The translations under genes and the position numbers were made by a program. A model generated the notes under the pieces. The model was given only the letters and a program-made list of their open reading frames with translations, had not been told where the DNA came from and did not search any database. From positions 47,306,001-47,370,000 of the forward strand of contig OX597817.1 of the NCBI GenBank assembly GCA_951406725.2: a stretch of 64,000 bases of DNA, in the 5' to 3' direction. The DNA is from Octopus vulgaris (lineage: Eukaryota). Positions 26,525 to 37,959 of the stretch are shown one piece after another. The stretch's first letter is position 1, and each line of letters starts with the position of its first letter.

Positions 26525-27900
26525 AATCCTGAGAGAGGGAGAGAGAGAGTACAGGGAAGGAGATAGGAGTGAAAGGGTGAGAGGATAGAGGGAGAGAAAG
26601 GACAAGAGTGAGAGGGAGAGGGAGGACGAGAGGAAGAGGGACAGAAAAGACAAGTGTGAGAGGGAGAAAAAAGACAAGTGTGAGGGAGAGGAAGGACAAG
26701 TGTGAGAGGGAGAGGAAGGACAAGTGTGAGAGGGAGAGGAAGGACAAGTGTGAGAGGGAGAGGAAGGACAAGTGTGAGATGGAGAGGAAGGACAAGTGTG
26801 AGAGGGAGAAGGACAGGGGAAAGAGGGAAAGGAAGTACAAGGGAGAGGGAGGACGAGAGTGAGAGGGAGAGGAAGGACGAGAGGGAGAGGAAGGACAAGA
26901 GTGAGAAGGAGAGGAAGGATAGGAGAGAGGGAGAGGAAAGGACAGGGGTGAGAGGGAGAGGAAGGACAAGTGGGAGAGGGAGAGAAAGTAGTGAGAGGGT
27001 GGGAGAAAGAAAGATGAAGGAATTCAGTCAATTTGTGCCTACCTACCAGCGCCATCTGTTGAGCTAGTTTATTGTCCAGTTTTTAAAACCTAGACTACTA
27101 CTACTGCTGCTACTACTACTACCACTACATCTACAACTACTACTACTACTGCTACTACTACTACTACTACTATATTATTGTTGCTGTTAGAGCAAATGTT
27201 AGATATCACTGTACAGGTGTCAGAAAATTGCAATCAACAGAGAATGAAGGGAAGGTGTGTAATTTGGAGGGGGATATGGGGGAGAGATGGTGGTGGAGGG
27301 GAACAACAATAACACTGACAGCTCTGAGTGAGGCAAAGGTAAAGAGGAGGTTAAAGGAAACCAGAGAAAGAGTGGAATGTTGGGAGGCTGCAATGATGGT
27401 GAGTGGGGGGAGAAGGGAAGGTTGAACTGGAAGAGGGACAAGATGAGGAGGAACAGGAAGAGGAGAAGCAGGTGCAGAGAGACGAGGAGGAGGAACAAGA
27501 CAATGATGATAGATGCAGGGGGAGGAAGAAGAATATGAGGACGAGGAGGAGGAAGAGGAACAGGATGATGATGAGGAAGGGGAGGAGGAGGAGGCAGAAG
27601 AGGTGGACAGTGGCAATGACAAGGAGGAAGAGGAGAGCAGGTGCAAGAGGAGAAAGAAGAGGACGGGGGAAAGGTGGATGATGAGGAAGGGGAGGAGGAG
27701 GAGGGCAACAATGACAAAGAGGAAGAGGAGGAGGTGGGCAAGTGCATGAGGAGGGCAGGTGCAGGAGGAGAAAGAAGTAGATGGAAAGAGGAGATGCATG
27801 AGGAAGAAAAGGAGGAAAAGGAAAAAGAGAAGCTATAACAGCAGCGAGGGCGGAGGAGAAGGAGAAGGGGGAGGGGGAGGAAGAGAAGATGATGATGATA
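26525..27900. repeat. Purine-rich tracts: 24-bp minisatellite GAGAGGGAGAGGAAGGACAAGTGT, then (CTA)n and GAG-rich low complexity
   Basis: Directly visible. Confidence 0.9.
27047..27062 (-). promoter_or_regulatory. CTCF-like motif
   Basis: TCAACAGATGGCGCTG resembles the CCASYAGRKGGCRC core. Confidence 0.35.
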
Positions 27901-28675
27901 ACCAGAAGTCTCAATCAGAATGTAGATGATAGACACCCACAGAATAGGTGTTGCTGGTGGCAACAACAAAAGGCAAAAAATGAAACTTACATTATGTGTA
28001 AGACAATATATTCAGGTGTTTGATGAATAGTGATGAGGATGGTGGTGGTGGTGGTGGCAGTGGTATGAAGTGACCAATCAAAAGATAGAAAGCAGAACAA
28101 ATAAAAAATATTGTTACAGTAAAGATATTGACCAATAAAAAATGAGTGAGGATGAAGAAAGAATGAAGTTTTGAGGGTAAATTTGAGGGTAACTGACCAA
28201 TCAGCATTGAAAGAAACTAGATAAATGACAAAGTAGTGAATATGCTGACTAATGAGCAATGAGTGATGATGGACTAAGACTGAAACGGTAATGGTGATTG
28301 ATCAATCAATGGAAATGGACCACCCCGCAACAATTATACAGTCCCCAAGAATTATATAGCTCCCAACAATTGCTGATACACTATAAATTTCAGGTAGGGC
28401 CCACTATATAGTCCTGCTCTCACATCTGAAAATTCAGGATGTCTCTGTTGCTGCTTCTACACAGAGATACTCTGGATCACATTCAGAAAAGAATACCCTA
28501 ATTTACTTTTTTCTTAACTTAACATTTAAACTGGCCAAATCCAGCAAAAATATTCCACCTGTTTTATGTTCAAACTGGCCCTTAACCCCTATGCCATATG
28601 GCGTAGGGGTTAAGAGCATGGGCTACTAACCCCAAGATTCTGAGTTCGATTCCAAGCAGTGACCTGAATAATGAT

Positions 28676-28775
28676 NNNNNNNNNNNNNNNNNNNNNNNNN
28701 NNNNNNNNNNNNNNNNNNNNNNNNNNNNNNNNNNNNNNNNNNNNNNNNNNNNNNNNNNNNNNNNNNNNNNNNNNN
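28676..28775. other. Assembly gap (100 N), probably an unmerged overlap
   Basis: agtgacctgaataatgat appears on both sides of the gap. Confidence 0.9.
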
Positions 28776-28810
28776 AGTGACCTGAATAATGATAATAATA
28801 ATAATAATAA

Positions 28811-29200
28811 TCCTTTCTACTATAGGCACAAGGCCTGAAATTTGGGGGAAGAATATAGTCAATTACTTCGACCCCAGTATTTCACCGGTACTTAATTTAT
28901 CGACCCCAAAAGGAGGAAAGGCAAAGTTGACCTCGGCGGAATTTGAACTCAGAACGTAGTGGCAGACGAAATACCTATTTCTTTACTACCCACAAGAGGC
29001 TAAACACAGAGAGGACAAACAAGGACAGACAAACGGATTAAGTCAATTATATCGACCCCAGTGTGTAACTGGTAGTTAATTTATTGACCCCAAAAGGATG
29101 AAAGGCAAAGTCGACCTTGGCAGAATTTGAACTCAGAACATGACGGCAGACGAAATACAGCTACGCATTTCGCCCGGCATGCTAATGTTTCTGCCAGCTC
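28811..29200 (-). mobile_element. Dimeric Meta-like SINE nested at the (AAT)n tract of the hammerhead element
   Basis: Two central domains; same internal junction as at 2386. Confidence 0.8.
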
Positions 29201-29252
29201 AAACATCGAAAAATACTTTAGGAACGAGAACCCAGGTTCGAAATTTCCCCAA

Positions 29253-29298
29253 GACACCTGATGAAGGCTGGAGGGTATATCAGCCGAAACGTTGTGTT
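29253..29298 (+). ncRNA. Minimal type I hammerhead ribozyme with intact core
   Basis: GACAC-CUGAUGA-A-GGCUG(GAGGGUAUAU)CAGCC-GAAA-C-G-U-U^GUGUU. Stem I GACAC/GUGUU, stem II 5 bp, loopless palindromic stem III (AACGUU). Confidence 0.8.
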
Positions 29299-29396
29299 AA
29301 CAACAAACAAGATGAGGACAAATATCCGTCAAATGTAAATAATATAAACAATGTAAATAATGTACATAATTCCTCATCTCTTAAATATAGAACTGT

Positions 29397-29760
29397 ATTC
29401 CTTGTCTCTTTTCTATACGTATTTTCATGGACATTGTTCAACTGAACATTTTTCTGTGATTCTTCCTTTAGTGATCAACCAGACTCGCATCCAGTTCTCA
29501 TCAGTATACTGTGTAACCTCGTAAGTGTTGTAAAGTGCTTTACAATACCAGTTTCTTCCCTTGTACCTCTGAATACTGGAATTCCCTTCCACAGTCTTGT
29601 TTTCCTCTTCAATATGACCTTGTCCAGTCTTTTAAGTCTAACATCCATCGTCACCTATTGACTTCTGTCCAGCGTCCATTTTATACTAGTAGCTCTTACG
29701 TTTCCAGTGGTCTAAGGAGCTTGTAACAAGCAAATGCTTTGAAGAAAAAAACAAAAAACA
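29397..29760 (+). mobile_element. CR1/L2-type LINE 3' remnant with an A-rich tail
   Basis: SLSLFYTYFHGHCS...YNTSFFPCTSEYWNSLPQSCFPLQYDL.QSFKSNIHRHL. Confidence 0.7.
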
Positions 29761-29766
29761 ATGTGT

Positions 29767-29936
29767 AGGACTGGCTGTGTGGTAAGTAGCTTGCTTACCA
29801 ACCACATGGTTGCAGGTTCAGTCCCACTGCGTGGCACCTTGGGCAAGTGTCTTCTACTATAGCCTCGGGCCGACCAAAGCCTTGTGAGTGGATTTGGAAG
29901 ATGGAAACTGAAAGAAGCCCATCATATATATGTATG

Positions 29937-29978
<42 letters not shown>

Positions 29979-30190
29979 TGTGTTTGTATGTCTGTGTTTG
30001 TCCTCCTAACATCGCTTGAAAACTGATGCTGGTGTGTTTACGTCCCCGTAACTAAGCGGTTCGGCAAAAGAGACAAATAGAATAAGTACTAAGCTTACAA
30101 AGAATAATTCCGGGGGTCGATTTGCTCAACTAAAGGCGGTGCTCCAGCATGGCCGCAGCCAAATGACTGAAACAAGTAAAAGAGTAAATA
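29767..30190 (+). mobile_element. OK/OR-type SINE
   Basis: Matches the in-window consensus. Confidence 0.85.
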
Positions 30191-30812
30191 AGTAGTATCT
30201 TTGACAGAAGAATGTGAAAGCTGAGGGATTAAGCCCTCCACTCCCGAGGGAACACAGGCCACTGACAGCTTTTCTCCACTGATTTTCACTCTCCTTATTG
30301 ACTCTGCTTATAAACTACAGGGATATCAACATGTTAACTGCCACAACCTGTTGCTGGAACTTACTGGTGATGTCCTGTATTTCTGATAACACTGTATACT
30401 GTTTAATTACAAGGAAATGTGATTTTTTTTTTCTTTTTGTGTTTTTACAATATTTCATAATTAAACTTTAATATTTAGCACTTGTGTTATTTAAATATTC
30501 TCGAAACCGTGTCAAAGACACAGAATAAAATATTTCATCAAATTATGAAAATGTACCACCACTGGAGCATAAGCACGTGTGAAGTTTGCAATGAGCCACC
30601 AGAGGTACATGTAGAGGTGATCATGCTAATAAGGTTTTCATATTGTTTCCTTTTAATAGGAGGTGAAGGCAGTTTATAATAATTTTTCGTTTAATAAATT
30701 GTTAAAGGTTGATATTAGGGGTATGGGAGTATGTTATTTTCTTCTATATTTTTTTTGCTGATAAGGTATCTATGGTTTAGTTTTATTAAGTCCTTTAAAC
30801 AACGGGAAATAT

Positions 30813-31244
30813 AATATTACAGAGATGTACTTGTATAGCAAGTGACCTAATCAGAGATCGTGTGCTGAAAGAAAAACAGCGTGGAAGGTGTTAATAAGCC
30901 ATTTAAAAACACACAAAAACTATTAGATTCACTTTGACGGTTAAATTTAATTATATATATATAAACACTTGCAGCATGGAAGGTGTTTATAAGCCATATA
31001 AGAAACCCATAAAAACCGTTAGATTCACTTCGACATTTAAATTTAATTTGTCAAAATATTTTCGTCGCTTTGAAACCATGACCTGTTCACTGACAAAGCT
31101 CTGTGCAGCATGGAATTTTGTCAGTGAACAGGTCGCAGTCTCAAAGCGACGAAAATATTTTGACAAATTAAATTTAACTGTGAAAGTGAATCTAATGATT
31201 CTTGCGTGTTTTTAAATGGCTTATAAACACCTTCCAGACTGCAA
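30813..31244. mobile_element. Penelope-like repeat: partial direct repeat plus long inverted repeat (30969-31244) with a hammerhead-like fold in each arm
   Basis: The arms are reverse complements around a roughly 19-nt spacer; 30877-30950 repeats the start of the arm. Confidence 0.65.
31117..31167 (+). ncRNA. Variant minimal hammerhead ribozyme (G3-C8 core)
   Basis: UUUGUCA-GUGAACA-G-GUCGC(9 nt)GCGAC-GAAA-AUAU-U-U^UGACAAA. A second, decayed copy lies on the minus strand at 31047-31097. Confidence 0.6.
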
Positions 31245-32212
31245 CTGTGAATAATAATGTAATCAAGACACAACTCAGTTAAAAAAGCAAATAACAAAAT
31301 GGATTTTTTTTTCTTTTTGGGGTTTAATTCTTCCTTCAGTGGTGATTATTTTTTTGTAGTGAATTTATTGGTGTTCTATTTATTTTGAACTGTCATTAAT
31401 AGCTACTCTGTTGTTAGCTTTTTAGACGAGGTTAATAACCTGAGTGATTACAAGCTGGCATAAATACACAGTGTTATATACGGAGAGAATTTCTTTACCA
31501 TTATTACTATTTTTTCATCTACTTTATCCTGTTACTTTTGAACTTCCATGAATGCTTCTGTAAGTTTTTTTCTATATTGACTCTATACAAACCCATTTTT
31601 ATTTCTGTGAAGTCCATGTTAGTCTGGTCTCTATCTCTTTAGACCTGTCCAACATGGTTAACCTTATCAGGAGCTTGTGTGCCACTGGCATAGCTCTCAG
31701 GGTCACTTAAGCGCACAAAGGAACCACACTGCAACAAAGACTGGGCCTTGTAATAGAATCAGCCAAACTGACATAAAATCACTCAGAAGCATGCTTCAGC
31801 CTCTGATTCACAGATGTCCAGTCTCCGCCCCATTTTTTTTACCACTACTATAATAGCCTTTGCTCTTTGGAGATGATTTGCTTCATGCCACCACCATCAC
31901 CATCATTCAAGTATTCTTGACCCACTCATCTCACCCCCACTTATCATCCTTGTTGCATTCAAACCCCAAACCCCATACAAATCACTACATCCAGTTCTTC
32001 TTTCCAGGAATTTTTGCTGCTTGCTCATCTCATCAATCACATTAGTGTAAGAGAGTAAAAGGACCACAAAAGTCATTGTCCCAGCAAGAGAAAAAAAAAA
32101 AAACTACTACAGGTGTATGGTTGTGCGAGAGAACATCGGATGTGTAAGCCGCTTGTGATGTTAACAGCACTAATAATTCTTTGTATCTATTTCCATCACT
32201 ATATTACATGAG

Positions 32213-33258
32213 TAAAACGCCCCCCACCGTCCAATGGACGGTGCTGAGTTGTCAAACATTTAAACCAAAATTTTCTCAAAACAACTTGTCCAACCGTCCC
32301 ATAGGCCTCCCCTTTGAGAAACACTGATTTAACCTGAATTTGAGACACCAGCAAAAGAAGAAATAAAGATAGACTTTTTTTTTCTATTCCAAAGAAAAAC
32401 GATTTTATTCACACAAATATGTAACCGAAGAGTTTAAAGTACCAGTAATGATAAGGCTGTTAACTGGGAGAACACAAACATGGTTTAAACAGTAAGATTG
32501 GCAGGAAAGAAACGTGCTTTAAGCAGTACAAAAATAATAAAAAATGGAAGGTGCCGTTTGACGGATGAAAAGCAGGACAAAAACGGCTTTATCGATTGCA
32601 TTCTCACCTGGAATCGACTTTTGTAATTTTTTCAAGACTTATACACGCCCTGATACCTTCAGTATCTACAAATCAAATTTGAGCACAATTAGATGGAGGA
32701 TGCCCGAGATCCTAGCAAACACACACACAGACAGACAGACAGAATGGATTTTATATAATAGACTAGCAGTATTGCCCAGCTTGGCAAAATGGTCACATTT
32801 AATTCAAAGCGTTAAAAATGTTATGAAAACAATTGGTATGTGTTCACAAAGTCCAAACGATTAATATGAAAAAGCCGTCCAGGCTACATCCCGGCCGAAT
32901 TTCTACAATGTTTACAGCGATTCGTTTTTATATCTTGCTTTTTATTTTTCATGCAATTTACGCATGCTTGCACGCATGGTGAACACAGTTCACGTCAAAC
33001 AGCTGACTGAGAAAAGTTCACTATTCAATGCATGGGATAAGGCCTAAACAAACACATTATCGATTTTTGCACTTGCGAGATGAATTTCAGAACAGAAATA
33101 GCGCAGTTCAATTTTCATTCGCCTAAACTTTAAGTGACCCATTTTTGGTGGTTCTACGATTTGTTGGCTAGGAGGATATGTGCCAAGAAGTTAAACACAC
33201 AGACACACACACAGATACACACACAGACACACAAGTTGAGTTTTATATATACAGATAT
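32213..33258 (+). mobile_element. Helitron/Helentron-like repeats in tandem (copy 2 of the 18.7 kb element, then an ACTAGCAG-starting relative)
   Basis: Shared CA/CAGA microsatellite and TTTTATATA ends; CTAG at the junction. Confidence 0.5.
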
Positions 33259-33653
33259 GGGAACCAAATTATCTTCCCTTGATTTTCAATTTTCTTAATT
33301 CCTATAGAAGTGATCTCCCTTGTCCTATCATGCTGACACAAGATCTATGTTGACCAACCAAGAGAGCATATTCCATTCACAATCTGATGGATACCAGTGT
33401 TTACCTAAGGGAAAGCCAACAAACTGAAATAATGCAGTTTGGCATCAGTGTTCTTACAAGCATTGCTGTCAGAATCCAAAGAATTGGAACAAATACTACA
33501 AGGTATCTTCTTTTATCCCTGTAACACAGTGGTTCCCAAACTTTTTCAGGTTGCCACCTCTTCGGTTCTAAGGCCACATTCCTCCACCCCCACCACCATC
33601 ACAGACATTGACCATTTTCTGCAGCAAGTTCAAAACAGTATTTCACAAATAAA

Positions 33654-34161
33654 AAAATAAATAAATGCACCCTTTTAAAGCCTAGCCAGGCTCATAGGCC
33701 CAGTTTCCCCGGTTTCTATGGCGTATGTGTTCCCCAGCTGGATGGGACGCCAGTCCATTGCAGCGTTATTCATTTTTGCCAGCTGAGTGAACTGCAGCAA
33801 CGTGAAATGAAGTGTTTTGCTCAAGAACACAACGCATCGCCCGGTCCAGGAATCAAAACCACAATCTTACGATCATGATGCTGACACCCTAACCACTAAG
33901 CCATGTGCCTCCACAAATGTACCCTTTTAAAGCCTAGTCAGGCTCATGGGCCTGGTTTCCATGGCATATGTGTTCCCCAGCTGGATGGGATGCCAGTCCA
34001 TTGCAGCGTTACTCATTTTTGCCAGCTGAGTGGACTGACTGGAGCAACATGAAATGAAGTGTTTTACTCAAGAACACAACGCGTCGCCCGGTCCAGGAAT
34101 CGAAACCACAATCTTACGATTATGATGCTGACACCCTAACCACTAACTCATGTGCCTCCAC
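33654..34161 (-). mobile_element. Head-to-tail dimer of a tRNA-derived SINE with a single 13-bp TSD
   Basis: Two units of about 250 bp; tttcacaaataaa at 33641-33653 and 34162-34174. Confidence 0.8.
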
Positions 34162-34734
34162 TTTCACAAATAAATCATAACCTAATTAACTTTTTGCTAA
34201 TGATGATGTTGATGATGGTGACAACGATGATGATGATATATAACTGATATAAACTGCAGGGCGTTGTAAAACTGAAACAGTTTTTGACAGCTACATGTCT
34301 CGCGGTTATTAATTCCAAGTGTAAATGAGTTTGTTACGCTGTGGCATTGTGTCGATGTCGATAACGAAGTCGCAAAGATATAACGATTGCTGTAATGTTA
34401 ATTTGCTCCATAGCCGTTCCACAGTGGCTGCAGTGAGTTGCTGATAAAGTCACTCACCTCAATAGGCATGTGACTGTCTGCAGGCCAGTCTGTACACAAG
34501 TGAAAATCCATATAACAAAGCCAGCTCCAAGAGACAAAATGGCTCTTATATGTATACATCTATCAGAATGGTCAATTTTTGCATTGATCCATTCCAGCAG
34601 AGAAGAATTTCATTCCAGCTTATATATATATATATATATATAAATTTATATAAATAAGGATAAGATCATTATTTAAATATCAATCTTATCAGATGGCCAG
34701 CATGGAATAAAAACCTTCAAAGGTAATAATTATT

Positions 34735-34963
34735 ATTAAAATTGTAATTTAGGGTATCTAAGAGATACCACTATGCTGGAAATAGCAGCCAAATCTTGAC
34801 TCTAAAACCACATTAAATGTTCATACAGCACCAGGAGTTTATTTTGTCCTTTTGTCTTCTCCCCTGGTGCTGTATGAACATTTAATGTGGTTTTAGAGTC
34901 AAGGTTTGGCTGCTATTTCCAGCGTGGTGGTATCTCTTAGATACCCTAAATTATAATTTTAAT
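34735..34963. repeat. Near-perfect inverted repeat: 101-bp arms, 27-nt loop, 4 mismatches
   Basis: 34735-34835 compared with 34863-34963 base by base. Confidence 0.92.
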
Positions 34964-35029
<66 letters not shown>

Positions 35030-35097
35030 TGTATGTGTATTCAAGGCAGTGCTCTAGCATGGCCACAGGCAAATGACTGAAACAAGTAAAAGAATAA

Positions 35098-35128
<31 letters not shown>

Positions 35129-35479
35129 AACAGAGACAGACAGATAGAACGGTAGATAGACAGACAGACAGATAGAAAGATAGGTAGCTGGATACAGAGA
35201 CAGACAAAGACCAAAAAACTAGAAAGGACAAGGTTGGTTTCATTCCCCAACAACAACAGCCATGTCTACATACGAGTAAGTGATTATAAGAAGAGATTTG
35301 TGAAATACTTTAGGTTTTTGCAAGATATTGATGAAGTTCTTGACAAGATGTGAGAGGAGGCAAATGGCAGTCTGGATTAGCAGATCAGCAAAATACATTT
35401 GTTGCATTAGTGAAGAATGGCAGGTTTAATCTGAAGCAATGTCAGCAATAGAATCTATGGGGATGACAGAGACGATGGA

Positions 35480-36647
35480 GAGGATGATGGTGATGGTGGT
35501 GGTGGCAACGGCAATGATGGCGAAAGTGGTCATGGTGGCAATGGTGATGGTGAGGGTCATGAGGGTAGTGGTGGAGGTGAGGTTGAGGTGAGGATGATGG
35601 CAGAGATAGGGATGGTGATGGAGGTGAATAAAATGCTGTTCGTTGGTGACCTTGCCAAACTCCCTAAGAACAGAAAAAAGCTGGGGTGGAGAGGGAGAGT
35701 AAGGCGTATGGGGATAAAGAAAAATATAGACAGGGAGAGAGGGAGGAAGAGAGAAAAGACAGAGAGAAAGAGAGAGGATAGAGATAGAGAAAGAGAGAAA
35801 AGACAGAGAGAAAGAGAGAAAAGGTAGAGAGATAAAAATGTAGGAAGAATAAGAATAATAAAGTAGAAGAGGAGAGTGAGAAGGAAGAGAAAGGGGGAAG
35901 GGAGTATAGAAAGTGAGAAAGAGAGAGGAGTAGGGTAGAAAAACAGTAAGACAGAGAGAGAAGAGAGAGAGGCAGAAATACAGAAAGAGAGAGTGAGAGA
36001 GAAAGAGAGAAGTTGAGAAAGAGATAGAGAGGGACAGAAATACAGAAAAGACAGGGAGAGGGGGAGGGAGGGGACTGAGCGGGAGAGAGAGAGGGAATGC
36101 ACAATAGGGAGTGTGTGTGCGGTGAGAAAAATAGAGAGATAGAAAGAGGAGAGAGGGGGCTCAGACAGACAAAAATGCATAAACCTAGAGAGAGGGAGAG
36201 AGAGAGAGTGAAGAAGAAGAACAACAACAACAACAAACTGGAGAGGAAGAAAGATATGAAAAATAAGGGGCAGGTAAGGTTAGTGGATGGAGGAAGACAT
36301 CAGGAGAGTTGGCACTGGAGGAGGTGGGGATTCAGAGATAAAAAAAAGTCCAAAAGATAAGCAAAAAGTGAAAAAAAAAAAAGAAAGAGAAAAAAAGGAC
36401 AACGAAATAGAAAAATGAAGACGAAAAAATGAAGAGAAAAAATGAGAAGCTGAAGAGTTAATAAAGAAGGATGGAAAAATATGAATAAAAAGAAAGAAAA
36501 ATATTAATAAAAGAAAGGAAAAAAATAGAAAATGAGAGAGGAACGTGACAAATGAAGAAAAATAAGAATAAAACAATGATAAAAGTCTTGTGAAGAAAAA
36601 TAAAGATAGAGAACAACAGGAGGAAATTATGTATGTAGATATAGTGG

Positions 36648-36678
<31 letters not shown>

Positions 36679-36813
36679 CCTGTCTGGCTGAGTGTGTCTG
36701 TCTGGCTGAGAGTGTGTCTGTCTGTCTCAGTGTGTGGGTGTGAGTGTGCATGCATCTGTATGTCAGTCTGTGTATGCATGTCTGTGTGACAGAGAGTATG
36801 TGTGTGTGTGTGT

Positions 36814-36846
<33 letters not shown>

Positions 36847-37643
36847 TGTGTGTGAGTGTGTGTGTGCGTGTCTGTGTATGCATCTGTGTGAGAGTGTGTG
36901 AGAGAGAAAGAGAGAGAGAGAGAGTGTGTGTGTGTGTGTGTGAGAGAGAGTAGTGAGAGTGTGTATGTTTGTGTGTCTCTCTGCCTGTGAGAGAGAGAGA
37001 GTGTGTGTCTGTGTCTGTCAGTCTGTGTGTGTGTGTACATGTGTGTGTGCATGTATGAGAGTGTGAGTGTATGTCTGTCTGTCCAGTGCTTTTTCCAAGA
37101 TAGTTTGAGAAAAATATATAATGTGTGTATGCTGTGTATGCATGTGTTTGAGTGGTAGTGTGTACATGCATGTATGTGTTGCGAGATAGAGAGAGTTTGT
37201 GCATATGTATACATACGTCTGTTTGTCCTGTGTTTTAAAGTACAGCTTTAAAAACATATACTCTGTGTGTGTGTGTGTGTGTATGAGTGTGTTTCTTACA
37301 ACATAGTTTCAGTAAGAAACTATGTATGTATGTGTACTATGGAAGTATGTGTGTATGTGTATATCCTGTGATCTTTCACAGTATAATTTAAAAACTATAT
37401 AGAACGTGTGTGATTGTGTGTGTGTTTGTGTGTGTGTACATACATACATACATATGTGTGTGTGTATATATATATATGTATGTGTGTGTGTGTGTGTGTG
37501 TACATACATATGTGTGTGTGTGTACATACATATATATGTGTGTATATATAGATAGATATATATATATGTGTGTATATATAAATATATATGTGTGTGTGTA
37601 TATATATATATATATCATCATCATCGTTTAACATCCGCTTTCC

Positions 37644-37675
<32 letters not shown>

Positions 37676-37700
37676 GTATGTGTGTGTTCCTAAGCATGTT
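35480..37700. repeat. Large low-complexity block: (GGT/GAT)n, (GA)n purine tract, (TG)n/(TA)n
   Basis: Directly visible. Confidence 0.9.
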
Positions 37701-37904
37701 TGAGTTGTTTTGCTGTTTAGTCAGTGTCAGACCTAATCATGCAGACTTACGATCAGTGGTGTTCCAACTGCGACCATCCTGTTTTTAACATCCACTTTTT
37801 GATGCATGCATGGGTCAGAGGTTTCTACAGTCACCACCTCTCACTAGTTTCCAAGTGAAGTAAGAATCTCTCGGTTTAACAAATAACAAATAGCCTGGAC
37901 ATGC

Positions 37905-37959
<55 letters not shown>

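Larger units (their letters stand above)
28595..29396 (+). mobile_element. tRNA-head + (AAT)n + hammerhead SINE-like element, best-preserved copy (interrupted by the gap and a nested SINE)
   Basis: A box 28599-28609, B box GAGTTCGATTCC 28642-28653, (AAT)n, ribozyme at 29253-29298, AATGTAAAT tail. Confidence 0.8.

Noticed and set aside
28595-28660. tRNA-like sequences here and at other SINE heads (20905, 57088, 61699)
   Set aside because: A/B boxes are present but there is no closing acceptor stem, and they continue into SINE bodies. Not tRNA genes.
28658-28793. Apparent tandem duplication around the N run
   Set aside because: Best explained as a contig overlap at a scaffold gap.
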